Assembly (NCBI GenBank): GCA_963675665.1
Contig: OY776510.1
Span: forward strand, 2,944,001-3,008,000
Reading direction: 5' to 3'
DNA from: Spirochaetia bacterium
Lineage (GTDB): Bacteria; Spirochaetota; Spirochaetia; UBA9216
Length of the DNA: 64,000 nucleotides
In this document: positions 61,108-64,000 of the stretch, one piece after another
Layout of the letters: every line of letters begins with the position of its first letter
Numbering within the stretch: the stretch's first letter is position 1
Made by a program: the position numbers and the translations under genes
Notes under the pieces: model-generated
The model's input: the letters and a program-made list of their open reading frames with translations, nothing else
Databases searched by the model: none
Told to the model about the DNA's origin: nothing

Positions 61108-62763
61108 ATGATAAAAAATATTATAAAAGGCAGAATCATAATACCGTTACTGATTCTGGCAGCAGTATGCACTTTCTTTGTATTAAATGCTGTCGGATAC
61201 TACAGATTTCCCGTTATAAACGATATCCAGCCAGCAGTAGCATATCCCGGTGAATTTATAACCATAAACGGTTCTTTTTTCGGTGATACCCGCAAAGGCG
61301 CGGAAGTGAGAATAGCCGGAGAACGCCCCCTTTCGGATTCATATCAACAATGGAGCGATACCCGGATAGTTGTTAAAGTCCCCCCCGAGGTAAGCTCCGG
61401 TATGGTTACTGTAAAAACGAGACGCGGTAAAAGCAACGGCATTCTTTTTACAAACCGCGAGCATATACCGATTATCCTTACCGGGCCGCAAAAGCCGGGA
61501 TATCCGTACATGGAAACTGTAGAACCGAACAGCGGAGCAGTAGGGTCTTTTATTATAATAAGCGGATTGAATTTCGGACATGAACGAAGCAACGCAGAAA
61601 TCTATTTTACCGCTGCCGCTGCCAATGAAGAAGTTTCGGACAGCGAAGATTCTCTGTCCGGATCAATTAAATGTTCAGAGATTGATTATGATTATGAAAG
61701 CTGGGATGAGCAGCAGATAAAAGTTTATGTCCCGGACGGCGCCGCTTCAGGAAATATCCGTATAAAAACTGATCGCGGCCTCAGCAACGCATTGTATTTC
61801 GAGGTTACCGGAACTGCCGGCACAAAAAGCTTCGGTGATAAAATGGGTTTTCAGGTCGAATACGGCATTGATATATCTTCAGCAGACGGCGCCGGCGGAA
61901 ACGGGCTGGATTTATGGGTTCCTGCCGTACGTGCGGGGTTGTATCAGCGTAAGGTTGAGACGGTGACGGAACCTCTTCCGTTGTGGGAAGATTATTACGG
62001 TTTAATGCGGTATCATTTCGATAATCTGGGTAACAGTGAAAATTACGGAGTATCAATTAATTCGTGGCTGGAACGCTATGAGATTGAAACCCGTTTGACA
62101 GCCTCCAGGGTAAAACCCGTTTATAATGAGGAACGAAGACTTTATACAGTTTATACAAGCGATGAAAACCTGATTCCTTCGGATTCCCAATCTGTTGTCG
62201 ACGCCGTTGCCTCGGCAGTTAAACGGGAACGCAACCCTTATCTTAAAGCTAATGCAATATACCTGTATTTGCTGAAAAATCTGGAATACATATCCAAGCC
62301 CTCAAGCTCATCGATACTGAGAAATCTTGAGGACGGTCAGGGAGATTCATATACATACAGTATATTATTTACGGCCATGTGCAGGGCATCGGGGATTCCT
62401 GCAAGACCGGCTGCCGGAGTGCTCGTTTATAATAACAAGCAGTCTACCAACCATTATTGGGCCGAATTTTATATTGAGGGTTTCGGCTGGATTCCTGTTG
62501 ATGCATCTTTGGGTGATGGTGCAAGATTCGGTAATTTTCCGATTGACGAGGAAATAGATCCTGTGGAATACTATTTCGGTAGCCTTGATAATCATCATAT
62601 TTGCCTGACCAGAGGCGTCGTTCCCGTCAGACAGATTTACCCCGAAGGAAGTATTTCCGGACGGAAAGGGCTATACTCTCTTCAGACAATATATGAAGAA
62701 TCTTTTGGTTTATCTTCATATTCTTCGTACTGGAGGGCTGTCAGAATCATTGACTGGTGGTAA
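61108..62763 (+). CDS. IPT/TIG-repeat protein with a transglutaminase-like domain
   Basis: Two IPT repeats (I.G..FG...W....I.V.VP); CRASGIPAR, HYWAEFY, WIPVD. Confidence 0.82.
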   Translation: MIKNIIKGRIIIPLLILAAVCTFFVLNAVGYYRFPVINDIQPAVAYPGEFITINGSFFGDTRKGAEVRIAGERPLSDSYQQWSDTRIVVKVPPEVSSGMVTVKTRRGKSNGILFTNREHIPIILTGPQKPGYPYMETVEPNSGAVGSFIIISGLNFGHERSNAEIYFTAAAANEEVSDSEDSLSGSIKCSEIDYDYESWDEQQIKVYVPDGAASGNIRIKTDRGLSNALYFEVTGTAGTKSFGDKMGFQVEYGIDISSADGAGGNGLDLWVPAVRAGLYQRKVETVTEPLPLWEDYYGLMRYHFDNLGNSENYGVSINSWLERYEIETRLTASRVKPVYNEERRLYTVYTSDENLIPSDSQSVVDAVASAVKRERNPYLKANAIYLYLLKNLEYISKPSSSSILRNLEDGQGDSYTYSILFTAMCRASGIPARPAAGVLVYNNKQSTNHYWAEFYIEGFGWIPVDASLGDGARFGNFPIDEEIDPVEYYFGSLDNHHICLTRGVVPVRQIYPEGSISGRKGLYSLQTIYEESFGLSSYSSYWRAVRIIDWW

Positions 62764-62836
62764 AATAGGGTTATGATTAAGCGTTGTGACGCCGATATTA
62801 TATTAGACGAAAAATACTATTCTGGTTAGGTGGTGT

Positions 62837-64000
62837 ATGGATAATCCTTTACAACTCTCTCTGCAGACATTCCGAAAGGGCTCTTATATCATTGTCGAGG
62901 GCAAACAGAAGGCTGATTATTTCTACATCATAAGAAACGGTAAAGTCCGAATCAGCAAGGAAGTTGAGATTGTTGAAGAAGTAGGCGGTAATGTCCTCTC
63001 GCCGGGAGATTTTTTCGGCGTTGTTTCTACAATGTCTTCGCACAGTCACATTGAAACTGCACAGGCGTTAACCGACTGCGCGCTTATCACTGTTCATCGT
63101 GAACAGTACGGCCTGCTTATCGAAAGAAATGCTCCTGTAGCAATGAAAATAATACAGCAGTTTTCCCAGAAGATGAGATTTCTTGATGAAGCGTTAACAC
63201 GCATCACTTTTAAAACAATTGCTGAAGACGATATATCGCACCTTTTCAAGGTCGCAGAGTACTACGCAAGGCAGAGTCAGTATAATCAGGCCTATTATGC
63301 ATACCATCAGTATATCAAATACAGTCCGGGCGGTGATAATATAAATACCGCAAAGGAGCGGATGGCCAAGATTAAACCCTACGCAAAAGTTGTATATCTG
63401 GACGGAGACGAGCAGAACTTCACCAGGACCTACCCGAAAGACACAATGATTTTCAGCGAAAGTCAGCCCGGGCAGGAATTGTATATTATACAGAAAGGCA
63501 GCGTGAAAATTACCAAGATAGTAAATGACAATGAACAGTTGCTTGCCCTGCTGAAACCGGGCGATATATTCGGTGAAATGTCGCTGCTTGAAAACAAACC
63601 GAGATCAGCCTCTGCTATTGCGCATGATGAAACAGTGCTTATGGCTGTAAATAATGCAAACTTTAACAGGATGGTAGCTTCACAGCCGCAGATTATTTCA
63701 AAACTTACCCAGCTTCTGTCGGAAAGGATATGGTTTATCTACAAACAGCTTGCAAATACGCAGTTGAGTGATTCTCTCGGCCGTATGTACGACGCTTTAC
63801 TGATTCAGCTTGAAAAGCTCCGGGTACCGATGGGCAGCCAGCCTTATACATTTGATTTCGGTCCGCAGGAACTGATCAACCTTGTCGGGCTTCCCAAAGA
63901 TGAGGGCAACGTCCTGATAAGAAAAATGTTTGAAAACAGCAAGGTTAAAGTTCTGAATAATAAAATACACCTGACCAATACTGAAGAGGTTGAAAAACAG
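62837..64000 (+). CDS. Tandem cyclic-nucleotide-binding (Crp/Fnr-like) protein; runs off the window end
   Basis: Manual translation MDNPLQLSLQTFRKGSYIIVEG..FYII..G.V..PGDFFG, with a second cNMP domain LYIIQKG.V..PGDIFGEMSLL..PRSASA. Confidence 0.85.
   Translation, partial: MDNPLQLSLQTFRKGSYIIVEGKQKADYFYIIRNGKVRISKEVEIVEEVGGNVLSPGDFFGVVSTMSSHSHIETAQALTDCALITVHREQYGLLIERNAPVAMKIIQQFSQKMRFLDEALTRITFKTIAEDDISHLFKVAEYYARQSQYNQAYYAYHQYIKYSPGGDNINTAKERMAKIKPYAKVVYLDGDEQNFTRTYPKDTMIFSESQPGQELYIIQKGSVKITKIVNDNEQLLALLKPGDIFGEMSLLENKPRSASAIAHDETVLMAVNNANFNRMVASQPQIISKLTQLLSERIWFIYKQLANTQLSDSLGRMYDALLIQLEKLRVPMGSQPYTFDFGPQELINLVGLPKDEGNVLIRKMFENSKVKVLNNKIHLTNTEEVEKQ

Noticed and set aside
1-64000. Mobile elements, prophage, rRNA or tRNA genes
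   Set aside because: No transposase, integrase or phage motifs, and no cloverleaf or rRNA-like sequence seen in the short intergenic gaps.

Overview
A densely coding bacterial chromosomal segment, most likely from a free-living anaerobic spirochaete. This is inferred from spirochaete-type signal peptides and lipoboxes, a PPi-dependent PFK, and a murB/cysS/ECF-sigma/anti-sigma/cNMP-protein block resembling the one I recall from Treponema. I found no rRNA, tRNA, CRISPR array or transposase. The window holds about 60 CDSs, mostly housekeeping and metabolic. Best leads: (1) an intergenic array at 29.06-29.37 kb of about three tandem 101-107 bp units. Each unit has three hairpins, and six of the loops are CANGGANG, the CsrA/RsmA binding consensus, with compensatory stem changes between copies. 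(2) A second CysRS-like protein that keeps the ATP-binding motifs but has a rewired zinc/cysteine pocket and no anticodon-binding domain, coupled to a VOC gene. (3) An operon divergent from a TetR gene (YodT-like transaminase, CoA-transferase, thiolase, amidase, permease) that fits import and breakdown of a beta-amino acid such as the osmolyte N-epsilon-acetyl-beta-lysine. (4) A Campylobacterota-type nifS-nifU pair directly followed by cysK-cysE. All functional calls come from motif reading and recall; no database searches were run.
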